A stretch of 64,000 nucleotides of DNA from Amoebophrya sp. A120. Its lineage: Eukaryota > Protista > Dinoflagellata. The notes beneath the pieces were generated by a model that saw nothing but the letters and a program-made list of their open reading frames with translations, had not been told where the DNA came from and did no database searches. Each line of letters starts with the position of its first letter. The stretch's first letter is position 1. Below, in pieces: positions 11,189 to 23,369 of the stretch. A program made the position numbers and the translations under genes. The DNA lies in the NCBI GenBank assembly GCA_905178155.1, contig CAJINV010000002.1, positions 6,614,476 through 6,678,475 of the forward strand, read 5' to 3'.

Positions 11189-14100
11189 ATGAGGCTTGTT
11201 TCGCCCAAGAAGCTGCACCAGCCGGCTTGTTCCAGGATGGTGCGTCCAACTTCGCCGGTCTATTTCCGATTTTTTTGTGGTCTGTACTACATCATCTCGA
11301 ATGTTTATTTCCGTGTGGCCGATGCCTCGCAGACGACCGGAGATCTTGAGGTTGCGAATCAGGAGTCGATTGCCTCGGATGGTGAAGGCGGCCCCATCGC
11401 CCACGAAGGCACCGTTCGCTCACGAAGGCACCGTTATTTTGATCCCATCGCCCACGAAGGCACCGTTCGCTCCTATCCCGAGCAGGATCACCCCAACTTC
11501 TTGGAGTGGCCTCATGCGCCCAATCACACCGCTGACTGTGGGACAGAATGTGGGCCACCACCAGGAACTGTTCTAGTATCAGAGCCCCCTTATTCCTCGT
11601 CGGTGTTCGACGGCGGGGCGTCATCCTCAGGACCACACTCAGGAACAACAGATCAGATTTCCGACAACGTCCCAGTCAGCGAAGCTGAACGAGAACGGCA
11701 AAGGGAAGCTGAACGCCAGAGGAGGCTCAGGGAACAAGCTGTTGAACGACAGATGGAGGCTGAGCGACAACATCAGCTGCGTTTGTCGGACGAAGAGCGA
11801 ACGGAGAGCCTGCGTCAGTTGCAGTTCGACTACTCTGTTCGTGCTGAGCCTGCTGATGAAACTTCACAAGTAGAAGCGCATGAATCAGCGAAAGACCTCT
11901 ACTCCGCGACTGCAGCGGAGGACGAAGAACACAAGACTGCTAGCATTCATGCGGCCGGGAATTCTGAAGTAGAGCACGAACCAGAAGAAGCTCCAGCGGC
12001 TTCTAGCGGTCGAGGCCGGACTTGGAGAGATGAGATGTTTGAATCGGTACCAGCTGGGGACGAGCCTACGGGCACTTCTCAGGAAGCCGAACAGGAACAA
12101 GTACACCAGCAGCGCAAGGAGGAAGTAGAGGGACACGACGACGACCAGGGCTTGTCGCGCGGCACTGCTGCTGTCGAGGATCATGATGCACGTAACGTCG
12201 CATCGACTTCTGGCCAACAGGAGCCACAGCCCAGCTTGCTGAGTAAGTTCATGAGCAGTGGCCTTACTAGGAAATTCACCGCCAGCCTTTTCGGTGTTGG
12301 TGGTTCAGTCACGACTGGGGGGAACAGTAGCACAGCTTCCGATGCAGTTGATGCACCACCACAACGACCATCATCGTCCACACCGAGTTCTTCGGCGCCC
12401 GCTTCTGCGAATCATGGCGCCGCCACTTCTGCGCCCGCGACGCCGGTAAAAGAGCATGATGACGCTGCAGCTGTTGGTGAGAATGCTCCTGTTGCAGCCA
12501 CAACTGAGCCAGCGACTTCCTCTGCCGCTCCTGATTGGAAAGAGGACGCCAATAATCGTCCTGCTTTCTTGACGCGCGAATCAGAAGCTGATTGGCGAAG
12601 AAGCCTTCGTCCGGAGGTGCAGCAGGAGGTGAAGGAATCTTCTTTCCCCACCGCACCACCAGTAGACGAACAGCAGTCCTCCTCGCAGCCGATTTCGGTG
12701 GACAGCAGTCCGGAAGTTGTAGGAGTAGAAGCCGCCACACAGAGTGTCGCACTCGAGCGCCAGGTGTCCGTTGCACCAGCCTCGGTCGGCGAAAGAAGTA
12801 GTCGTCACGACGATGACGTGCTGATCCACACAGATGCGCCATCGGTCGACGACATCGTAATGGAAGATGCGCCTGGGGCAGTAGATGCTGATGCTGCCCC
12901 TATCGTCCCGGTTTCCACAGCGAAGGGACCACGAGAAAGTTTGGAACAACAGGAACAGCAGAGTAGTACGGCAGTCGAGCAGGTGGCCACCAACGCGGAA
13001 GACATTTCTATCACTGCTGAGGTGCGACGGCTGGAAACGAAAAAAACGGAATTAGAAGCAACGTGCAGGGGTTTGGGAGAAGAGAAGGAGCGGATGATGA
13101 AGGAATTTGAGGTATAGTGAAGTACATTCTTGTTTTCTCTACGTAAAATTTATCAAGCGAGTGGCCCGACTGTTGAATTTTTGTTTTCCTATCGCTAATG
13201 TCAAATCGAAAGACCACGATGCCGCGCTTATGATGAAGATGATCTTTAGGTGAAGAGGATAGGTGAACAGTAACACACGATGCAGTGACCACTTTTGTTC
13301 AATACTTTCACCTACTTCTAGGCACAAGTTGAAGACGAGAAGAAGGTCAACGAGGCCACCGTTGCGGCGCTCCAGGAAGAGAGGAGGAATATGAACAGCC
13401 TTTTTGCCCGGGAAGAGGAAAAGTACCAAACTTTGAAACGCGATGTGGAAGACTTGGAAAAGCAGATAAAGCAGAAACAAGAAGAAGTGAAATCGAAGGA
13501 AATCGACAACGAAAAGGCGAGCTCCGTTTACCAAACCGTGTTCAATTCGCTGCAGGAGAACTTGCAGGAGAGCGAGCGGAAGCAGTCCGCACTGAAGGAC
13601 GAGAGGGAACTGTTGGCAAAAGAGAAGTCACAACTGGAAACTGCCGTGAAGGAATTGGCAGAGAAATTAGAAGAGCTGAAAGCCACCGCGATGGGAAAGC
13701 AGAAGGAAGTGCAAGAACTGCGAGAGGTCCAAGAGAAGATGGAGCAGGAGCTGCAAAAGCGGTTTCTTCTCGGAGCGCCGGAGGGTGAAGACGCAGGAGC
13801 GGGAGGGGCTTCTACAGGTAGTAGTGGTAGTGCTGGTGCAGCAGCAGGAGCTGACGGCGCGAGTGGCCGTCCTGAATCCGCGGCGGGTGCCTCGGAAATA
13901 GCCGACGGCGCGCACCAGGTGCAGCTCAACAGTGGTGCGCCGCAAAATATGAGCGGACCGCAACTGTTTCTGAATCAGGTGCTCGGCGGGCTTGATGAGC
14001 AGCTTGCGAGCAGCAGCCCGCGTGCTCCAGGAGCTCCGTTTTCCAAATTTGACGTACTGAAAATTCTGAAAGAAAAGCAGGAGGAGCTGCGCTTGATGCA

Positions 14101-17100
14101 ACAACAGATCGACACCCTGGAGAAAACGAAGGAGCAGCTGGTCACCACGATCGCTGCGGGAAACTCAACCGCTGCTCCCGCTGCGGTGGGTGTGCCGCTG
14201 TTGTCGTCGACTACGGAACAAGGAGGTGTTTTTCACCATCACTCGCCCGCACCTGCTTCATCCAGCCGCGTGGTCGGGAGCCAGTTCGCGCCAACAGCCC
14301 GTGGTCCCGCAGGTAGTCATAGTTTGGGGGTGAGTCCACCCAGTTATGCCGTAACTGGAACCACCCCAAAATATGGGGCGCAGGCGAAACCGTCGCTACG
14401 ACTCCCGAGCGCAACTTCTGCTGGCCAAGAACCACAGCACAGTGGCAGTACCATGAACTCGCAAGCCAGAGAGAACGTGGAGGAGATTGTCACGACAACC
14501 GACTTGCTGCAGTCTCTCCGGGTGGATCTCGAGGCCCGCAAATCCGAGGTGAAAGAACAGGAAATCATCCTGAAACAGTTGAAAAGTCGCAAGCAAGGCC
14601 TCGATATGCGTGGCAAAAGTACTATCGTGCTAGTATAAAAAATCGCACATGCAAAGTAGAAATGACTCTTCTCTTCTACTAGGACAGGAAGGATAAGGAA
14701 CTGAGCAACTTCCTTGTCATGCCGATTCACGTTTTGAAATCGGAATAGCCGATCCGTCATTCATAGTTGCAATTCCTTATACCTTTTTCGCCGAGTGCGA
14801 TACTTTTGCAATGCACACTCGAGCAGCAAGTGCGGGAGTTGGAAGACCGATCGGATAATCACAACAAACATCTGGAGCAGCGGCGAACCGAGCTGCTGCA
14901 GGAAATAACCGGGTGCGAGGGCAAGGTGAAACAGCTGAAGGCGGAGGCGGAGCAAGTGCGGCAGGGCAAGCTGGCGCCCTACGAGGAGCTGGAGAGAGCG
15001 AAATCTGCTTGGGCGAAGCAGCTCCAGGAGCTAGACAACAAATGGAGCGGTCAGAACTATGCGATCGGCCGCCAGCTGGAGGAGGCGGTGAGAAAATACG
15101 AGGAGGAAAAGCGACTCCGTTCGGACATGGAACAGGGGCTCGAGACCCAGAATTCGCACCTGGCAGAGGAGGCGCTGCGGCTGATAGGGCAACTGGGCGC
15201 GAAGGAACTGAGAGTGGTCGAGCTGGAAGCCCAGAATAAGTTCCTTTCTTCAAAAGGCGTGGAACTGGAGGACGCATTGGGAAAGATCCGAGATCTGACC
15301 TCGCAAATCGCCAGCATGGAGAGTAGCTTCGCTGCGGAAAAGGACAAAATGACGCGGAACTTCGAGGAGCAGCTGGAAATTGCACAAATGGGAACATTTT
15401 CTTGCGGATTGGAGGAGGGGCAAGACGATGAAGATGTCCGTCCTGCAGAGGAGGAATTGCCGGGTTGTTCTGCTGAGGATGCTGACACCAGCACGACTGG
15501 CGCGGGCGGGAGTTGTGCAGCAGCAGAAGAGAGCGGGAGTGGAGCAGCCGATGGTGCGCATGGTACCGCGTCAGGTTCTTCTTGTATTACGAACCCCGCG
15601 GGAGGAGCAGGAGCAGGAACTGCTCCTACAACGAAAATCACCACTGCAGGAGCCTCGACACCGGCACCCCTACGGACCTGCAGCGTGGACAGCAACCAGA
15701 ATTCGATGCCGGGCGGAGTCGGGCCGCGGCCGCAATCTTTGCCGCCGCCGCCAATTCATTCGAGCAAAGCCGGTCGCGCAGCCGTGGCAGCAATCGCGAA
15801 GAGCAAGAGCAACGGCCCGATTGCGCAGTTGAGCAGAGGACATATTCAACAGAACATGAGGACATTCATTTGGCATCAGAAAAAAAAATGTCTTACTGAA
15901 GATGTAGATATCCTCTCACTTCAAACTCTGCGAAAACCAAAAGAGAGGCAATTTTGTGCAATGCAGAGCGCGGTTCGTAATGCTACTTAGTGGCTGCAGA
16001 GGTACCAAAAAAGTGTATCATGCTGAACGGCCAGAAACAGCTTTTGTGGTGGTAGAAACCGCAACACAAATTATTTTTTGTCTGGAATGGATGTCTGTGC
16101 TTTTCTGTAGAATAAGACAGGGAACAGCTTTCGGTGGTCCTCCGACGGGTCCGGGTGGGCGAAAAGTAGAATACTGGTGCCCGGTACGCCGATGCTATTT
16201 ACTCGGTACGCCGATGCGCAATAGCCGCGGCGTAGTATTGACCAAAGCGCTTTCGGCCGCCGACCACGCAAAAATTAAAAAAGAAAGGGAGTATCGATTG
16301 CAAATAGATTGACATGTCTGGGTCTAGAGAGATCCGAGTTTTTGTTTGTGATCGTACTCAGTCGCAACCCAACCAAATTAATTGACACATGGTCCGGTCT
16401 GAGACGTGAGCCTGACCACATGTCTGGTCCAGAAGATGCAGGATAAACCTGCGTACCCTTCTAGACTCAGATAGTCGATATTTGCAATGCATAAGCAGGA
16501 AAAAGCACACCGCGCCCGCGCAGCCGCAGCAGGACATCAAACTCCAGGATCGACCTCCGCCTCGTCAACATCTTCTTCGACACCAAGTGCTTCGTCGTCC
16601 CCTGTCGTCGCTATTGCACCTCCTACACCAGCACCCGCCCGCCCTCTGACCGCGGCGGAAAAAACCGCGCGGCAGATCGCTTCGCTGCAGGAGACGATTG
16701 CGGTGGAGAAAGAGTGCTACGAGAACCGCATCCAGCAGCTGAACGCGCAATTGCAGAAAGCAAAAGACAAGTGCGAGTTGAAGGAGCAGCACCTGAGCCG
16801 TGTGATTGAGCAACGGAAGAATTCCCTCGAACAAAAGCATCTTCTGTCCAACGCGTTTCGCATCGCCAAGGAGGCGTACACGAGTGGGGACCTGCATCAG
16901 CAAGGAGGCCAGAAGCTGCGCAAGTTGAAGAACGACTTCGACAGCTTGACGCTGACGAACGATTTGCATATTAAGTACACGCCGGTGCGGGAAAGACGGG
17001 TTGGGAACAATTCTGTTCAGAGTAGTGCTTCTGCCACGCCCATCAGCACTACGCTGGGGCAATTGAACGTGCATCTGTTGAAGAGGTTGGAGATGTGGCG

Positions 17101-19655
17101 GAAGCAGGAACTGCAAAAGTTGTCCACGTTTACAAATCAGGAGAGGCATCTGAAGGATCCATTTTTTCTCTTCTACGGGGGCACAAGTCGGGACTTTGAC
17201 ACGTGGCACGCACCAGACGTACTGGATGAAGAGGACGGGGAAGGGGAAGACCAAGGCCAAGCTGGGTCTCTGTTCAACGGCACGAATGCGGGGGAGTTGC
17301 AGCAGAGCAGAACGATTTTTTCCGTAAAGCCGGTCTACTTTCAGCAGCTGCACAGCGATGGAGGAGTAAATGGTGGAGGTGGTAATGCCTGGGCGTTGGA
17401 CTTGGAAGCGGTGTACACTGACGACCGCGAAGTACTGGTGGAAAAGCGGGAATTGCTGGGAAAGGCCAAAGAGTTTCTGCTGAACAAGGTACATAATTAC
17501 ACTTCTTTTTTAACTTTTTACACTGCTGTCGTGTTTGTAAAAATGCAGTCCTCGAATAGACACGAACAAGAACATCGCCATGGTGTTTTATTTTTGCGAT
17601 GCGATGACTATGACAAATGGATGACAATCGATGAGGAGGATATCTTTCAGCCATCAAACTTGCATCGTCCGACGTGCGATCTCTCCTTACAGGTCCTCGA
17701 GGAGTCGCTCTACGACGAGGCTTCCGACAGGTACAAAGTGCAGCAAATCCTTCCTCTCGTTCAGCCCGCGTTTGAGAAGATCGACTTTGCGCTGGAGCAA
17801 GCTTTGGAGTTAAATCGTCTGGAGCACGAAGATCTGAACCGGGATCAGCAATCCAGAAACTACTGGGGCATCCTAGATCTAGACGCGATCGGTAGCGGTA
17901 CTACAGCAATTTCCTCTCCGCGTGCAGGTGGAGCAGGTTCTGGTAGTCCGAAAGACGCCAGCGCTTCGAAAGTGAACCAGAAGATTTGGAAGAGGGCACA
18001 GTGGAAGGATCCGGGCGAGATGACCGAGGAGGAAAAACAGGATATGCAGAGTAAAAATGTGCGTCCCGCCCACCAACTTTGTTCCCTGAAAATTGAATGT
18101 TTCTCGGTGCTCTATTTTGGTCTCTTCCAGTACATAAAGAACACCCCATAGTCAAGATGGAAAATCTGCTACACAAATCAAAAGGTTTTGGGTGTAGCAA
18201 ATATCGAAACTCCACTAGAAAATGCTTCTTGTGGGTCTTGTCCGCATGAGAAACATTTTAAGCATGCAGCTTTGCATTCCAACTCTGGGGAGGTGGGGAC
18301 GTTTTTTCACGGGATACAGGAGTGGTTTAAGGCGATCAACGGACGGAGAAACCGCTTCGCGATGCTGTTCCATTTCGACAAGCAGGCGGGCAAGGCCAGG
18401 GCGGCTAGTAACGGCGGATTGCTAGCCCGGCAAGGGGGCGAAAATAACGGGTCCTCTGCTTCCTCCAGCACGTCTTCTCTGTTGAACGCCGAAACAAACT
18501 CGGAGAAAAATGCGGTCCAGTTTCTCCGGCCGCCGCGGGACCCCGAGCACCGGTTCTACGACACAACCGGCGCGTTACTCCGGGTCGCGATGGAGAACCA
18601 GCTGAAAAGCATCCACAACGCCGCCGCGGAGCTGAAAAAGCCGGCAGTCCTGCGCTCGGCGCCTCCCCTTGGCTCGTATGTGACCAAAGAGAGAAATTTA
18701 TCCCGAGTGTTGAAAACGTCCCTACCTCCCCTGAGCTGTCGTGCAAATCTGCATGCCTAGAAACGCTTCTCATGTTGCGCAGCCCGCCCCTATTTGTGAT
18801 GCGGCCGCACTATCTACGCATGACAGCACAGCAACGACCCAAACTTGTCATTCGCAATAGCCAATCTGGTTTGTTTATGTTTTGTGTAGCAAAGTCCCTT
18901 TTATTGTTGATGACTCTGTGGCGGAGGCGTTTTTACAGGGGATGAAATTCGCAGCGAGTCGCGGTGGCGGTGCGCATCGAGAGCACCCACGCCGCGCCGC
19001 GAGCGGGGGTCGCGGAGCCGGTGCGGGGCGGGAAAGTGGTTCGCAGCGAGAAAAATGTGCTGTGTGCGCTGTACCATTTCGCGAAACCCGAGCAAAATCG
19101 GCATTCCAACAACACTGTGCACGACACTTTTGTGGAGCAGGCAAAGGAGGAAAGCCGGGCGCTGGGTCGCGTCCGGCCGTGGAAGCTGACGCTGCACGCC
19201 GAAACGTATCACTCGCTGTTTTTCGAACACCCACGCACGGGAAAGCTGCTACTGCTGAACATGGAAACCGATCCTATCGAGCGCGTCTTTCACTACCACG
19301 AGGCGGGTGAGGGAGGTACAACGCGGCAGTCGAGTGCCCCCTACTGGGGATACCTCGATTTAGGCTGGGGGAGCGGGTATGGATTGCAAAAGTTTCATTG
19401 TGTCGGACTCTCATGAGTTGGAATATCAAGAAGGCACAAGTAATTTATTGATATTGTCCATGACCTTTACCTCCACAACGGAGCGCAACACAGATGAACT
19501 TGGTCATGAAGATTTGTCAAGAACAAGTTGGTAAGAAGAAAATTCATCTGCCATATACTTGCAACTCATGATGGTACGAGTACAACGCTTTTACATAGGA
19601 TAGCGGGAACGCCAGCGCTGCGAGTGGCGGCAGTATGTTGGCCTTGGGGAACTGA
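11189..19655 (+). CDS. Large coiled-coil/low-complexity protein, join(11189..13111,13322..14604,14823..15842,16120..16291,16499..18042,18322..18698,18950..19377,19608..19655), ~2260 aa
   Basis: GT-AG intron 13112-13321 plus six introners join consecutive ORFs in frame (6795 nt). Long E/K/Q heptad regions and a hydrophobic N-terminus. Start codon uncertain. A further 60-nt in-frame GT-AG intron is possible at 17489-17548. Confidence 0.72.
14605..14817. mobile_element. Degenerate family A introner, TSD CTCGA
   Basis: tatgcgtggcaaaagtactatcg ... cgatacttttgcaatgcaca. Removal gives GLEQQVRE. Confidence 0.85.
15843..16114. mobile_element. Introner family E, TSD GGACA/AGACA
   Basis: tattcaacagaacatgaggacattcatt ... 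aatggatgtctgtgcttttctgtagaata. Confidence 0.8.
16292..16493. mobile_element. Degenerate A/C-like introner, TSD eroded (GGGAG/AGCAG)
   Basis: tatcgattgcaaata..tgtctgggtctaga ... tctagactcagata..tatttgcaatgcata. Frame restored. Confidence 0.75.
18043..18316. mobile_element. Introner family F, TSD CAGGA
   Basis: TAT...ATA ends, degenerate TIR. Removal gives KQEWFKAI. Confidence 0.82.
18699..18944. mobile_element. Introner family F (inverted relative to the 18043 copy), TSD AAATT
   Basis: 5' end resembles the reverse complement of the 18316 end. Ends in ATG instead of ATA. Frame restored. Confidence 0.8.
19378..19602. mobile_element. Degenerate family A introner, TSD GCGGG
   Basis: tatggattgcaaaagtt ... 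cgcttttacataggata, with an internal ctcatgagttg/caactcatga inverted pair. Confidence 0.83.
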
Positions 19656-20796
19656 GGAGCTACGCCAGCATGCATCGTATAGTGCTTTATTGCTGTCGGA
19701 TTTTTCGTTTTCGAGTTGAGCTAGTAGGTTGAACAACCGGGGGGTACAACTACGCAGCTCGGTACGATCCGACCGAGGCACTGATGTTTGATCTAAAAAT
19801 CTAATGATGTCAGAACGTGGAAAATTGCGCTTCAAAAGAACTCATCTGTCTGTATCTGTATGTGTGTTGACAAAAAAGAAAAAATGAGTTGCTACGTGGA
19901 CAATTGTACAGACTGCATATGATCACTTTGAGAATACAGACAGACTGACAATAAAGTGTCTTGATCGTCTAGCTGTAGGCGATTCCAAGACTAATAGGGA
20001 TGATTTCTTCTACTTCAGAAGCGACGTTTTGAAGAGATACAGCATCGATTGTCACGGCACTGGTTGCGAAATGCATACGCACATGCAATGTATGCCTGTG
20101 CATTTTGTTTCTTGCGCCCAATTTTGTAAATTTCCATCCACGACTTCCTGTTCCTTTTGAAAAAAACTGGATAGATAGCACCAAAAACATATTGGAAGTT
20201 TTTTACTTTGTTGTACTAAAGATTCTGCTAATTGCACTATGAATTGATGTCGATTCAAGAGCGAAAAGCGACCTTATGAATATACGATGAATACAAGAAA
20301 GAGAGTATAGAAAAAACTTTTTGGAAGACTAATTTGTTTGCTCGAAGAAGTTGTAGTCGAAGTTTGTTTTCATCCACGCAATTTAATATGAAGTGTTCCA
20401 CTAGCCCTAGCGCCAGCGCACAGCTTCAGACTTTGAGGATCCCGTACTGGCTTTCGCAACAGATCGTTGACTGAGATCCAAAGTGAAACACGCAGCCGAT
20501 CCCAGTCATGCATAATACGGAGAGGCGGATTCTTTTTTTCCCGATTCGATCTGGATTTTTTTTTCATCCAAGATTTCGCACCTCAGCGCTTTCGCTTTTC
20601 CTTAGCTAGTGTGTACTATCCAACTTTTTTTATCATTTTCTCTTGTTCACGATAATTTTCAGTCGTGTTCTTTGTATCGAGCGATTTTTTTTTGCAATAC
20701 CTACTCGCAAAGTGTTCAGTTTTCGAGTATAGTCTAGAAAGAATATATCTAGTGTACGACTACGAGACAAAAAGCGAAACCACCAGCACCTTCGGC

Positions 20797-22376
20797 ATGG
20801 CTTCTTCAGGCAAGATAAAGTCGTATACGTTTGAGCATGGGGCTTACGCGCTGCCCTTATATCATTCGCTCAAGTACTCTGCCAACCCGGTCTGCGGCTT
20901 TCTGATGGGGAGAATAGAAGGTACAATTTCATGAATTTGTTTTGTTATGCCTCATTCATCGTGCGAACATAAGTCATTTTTTTTTCAAAGCTGACTTCCG
21001 GCGTCAGAAAATCCGCGTGCCAGCACAGTGCCTTCTGTTTATTTTGCATCGCATGGTGTTCTTCCTCTTCCTTCATGTATGCGTAAATTTCCGAACCGAA
21101 TATCCAGGTAACAACGCTGTCGTCTTCGAGCGCGCAGTGCCTTTCTCCCACACCCACGCGCTCTCCCCAACACTCAAGATGGCGTGTCACTGTGCCGAAA
21201 CGCTCTGTGCCGGCGGCGAGAAGAGTCTCGAGATACTAGGGCTGTACGTCGCGAACGATATCATACAGAAGACGGAGAGTTTGCACCCATTGCACCGGAA
21301 CATCTACGAGAGGCTAGTGCAGAACAATCCCGCATCAAGCGTGTGGATCATAGACGCCAGCAGGCTAGATATCACAAGGAAAAATTCCCCCTCCCCATAT
21401 CAAAAGGAAGTTTATGATGCTGAATTCGCGTGTACAAATCAGGTTTGTGTTGCAGTAGAGGACTGCAGGCTCCTGCCAAGCCTGAGTAGAGAGGTTTTAG
21501 CCTAGGCGCTTAGCATGAGAGCCGTCTGCGCTGTAGGTCCAACAGCATCACAAACTTCTTGCATAATGCGGCAGAGCCTGTGGAGTTGTCTTCTTGCAAG
21601 ACAGACGTGATTTGTGGTCTCAAATCAGCAAGACAAATTTTCGGCGGCATACCTTTTCGATATGGGGAGGGGGGATTTTTCCGGACAATACTAGAGCAGG
21701 AAGAAATTTTCGCCTACCGAGGGTACACGGCCCCGCAGAGAGCCGGTATTTATAGGTTGCTCCGTCGGAGGAAGACCTGTTGCTTGGTTGATGTTGATGT
21801 GCATTGCAAATATGTCTGGGTCTGGAAAGATGCGAACTTGTGATGCGCATTTCACAACACAGACAAATCTCTCATGCATAAGCAGCAAAAGGCGCCCATT
21901 TCCTGTCACCAAAATGGGGGATTTGTCATGCGGATTAAGCAATACGGAAGCTTCTCGAAATCTGTGATGCTAGGGTTTCCATCACAGACATTTTGTGTCA
22001 TGCAAAAACAGCATGACAAAAATCTGCATTCTTCCAGACCCAGACATTTTTGCATTTGATAGTTGACTGGAAATTTTCTCCACTTACTATGTCTAGTCTT
22101 CAGATGGATGATTCTGATTGCATGGCATCATCCGTTGTGGGTGGCGCTTAATACCAAATGACTGAGATACGACATCATGAAAAAAAAACAACAACAGGCG
22201 ACCTCCAGCCAATTAACGAGTCTGCGATGAAAACGAAGGGTCCTGTGTGTCTGATGGAGTCCACGAGAAAAATGGAATACCTCGCAGTGCAGGATTTTGA
22301 CGACCATCTGCACGACCCAGAAAAGGACTGGACCAACAAGGAGCTCGTGGAAAAGCTGGCCATGGTTTCTGCATGA
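20797..22376 (+). CDS. EMC8: ER membrane complex subunit 8/9 (UPF0172, MPN-like), join(20797..20920,21108..21369,21696..21745,22198..22376), 204 aa
   Basis: AY..PLYHSLKYSANPVCGFLMG, AVPFSHTHALSPTL, ILGLYVAN and DFDDHLHDPEKDWTN match EMC8/9. Two GT-AG introns and one introner. Confidence 0.88.
21370..21690. mobile_element. Introner family G, TSD CTAGA
   Basis: tatcacaaggaaaaattccccctccccatatc ... gatatggggaggggggatttttccggacaata. Confidence 0.9.
21798..22061. mobile_element. Family C element nested in canonical intron 21746-22197, TSD GTTGA
   Basis: tgtgcattgcaaatatgtctgggtctggaa ... ttccagacccagacatttttgcatttgata. Confidence 0.87.
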
Positions 22377-22397
22377 AAATGAATGCAGACCACTGCA

Positions 22398-22595
22398 TAT
22401 GCAAGAAAAAAACTGTGTAAGTGTAAATCTGTGATGCAGAAAATGCAAAACAGTTACACTTGTCATGCTCGACATGCATGATCGGCTCGCTTCCTATGTT
22501 GTTTTCCTTCCTATCTGCGCATCCTGTCATGGCAGACAAACTTGTGATGCTGTTTTCCCAAAAGACTTACGCTAACACAGTTTTTTTCTTGCATA
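22398..22595. mobile_element. Family D element just downstream of the EMC8/9 stop, TSD CTGCA
   Basis: tatgcaagaaaaaaactgtgt ... aacacagtttttttcttgcata. Homologous to 3182-3390. Confidence 0.9.
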
Positions 22596-23369
22596 CTGCA
22601 CGACGGAATGCGGACAATGCGAATCTTACTTTTATTTCGCCTTTCTCCTGCTCGCGCACGACCGGTTCTACTACTTAATACACTCTGATGTAGTTGACAG
22701 GGGCTTGAAACGTTCCTCGTCTGCAACATCTGGATGATTTTTTAGTTCTAGGCACCACTACAGCGACCGCGACTCCAACGACAAAGTATTCTACCCATTG
22801 ATGGCGTAGACAGTACTACATGCGATGCTACTTCTTCTCGAGAAGATTCAACGAGATCCACATTTCACCGCGTTGTTCCACGAACCGAAAGATAACCGAT
22901 TCATTGATCTTCATTTGCCTTCGACATAGATCTTGCCTACACGACTGTAAAAAAGCGCCTTTCGCCCGTTCCACCTTACTACAGACACCGAAGATTTTCC
23001 AGGCGCTTCGAGAAGGTGCATGTCATGATGGTCCGGTTTGGGATACTGCAACTACATGCGATCGCGTCAAGGATCTCTATCGACTTCTACCCGCAACTTT
23101 TTTCCTGACCAAAATCTTTTGCCGATGTTTTTGATTGTTTTTCCAGGTGGCTGCGGAAGGAGCAGGAAGATAATTTTTCTCGCCCTACTAGATGAAAGCG
23201 ACATGATATTGGTTTAGAGCTGACCAAAACTTTGGCCTTTTGCTATAGTTCTTGTTTGACCTTCCTCAGACTATTTCTCAGATATAATTCTTCATTTCTA
23301 GTCCACTAGTCTACCCGCAATTTCTTCTTGTACCTCCCATCAACAAGAACCACGAAGAATTCAGCAAAA

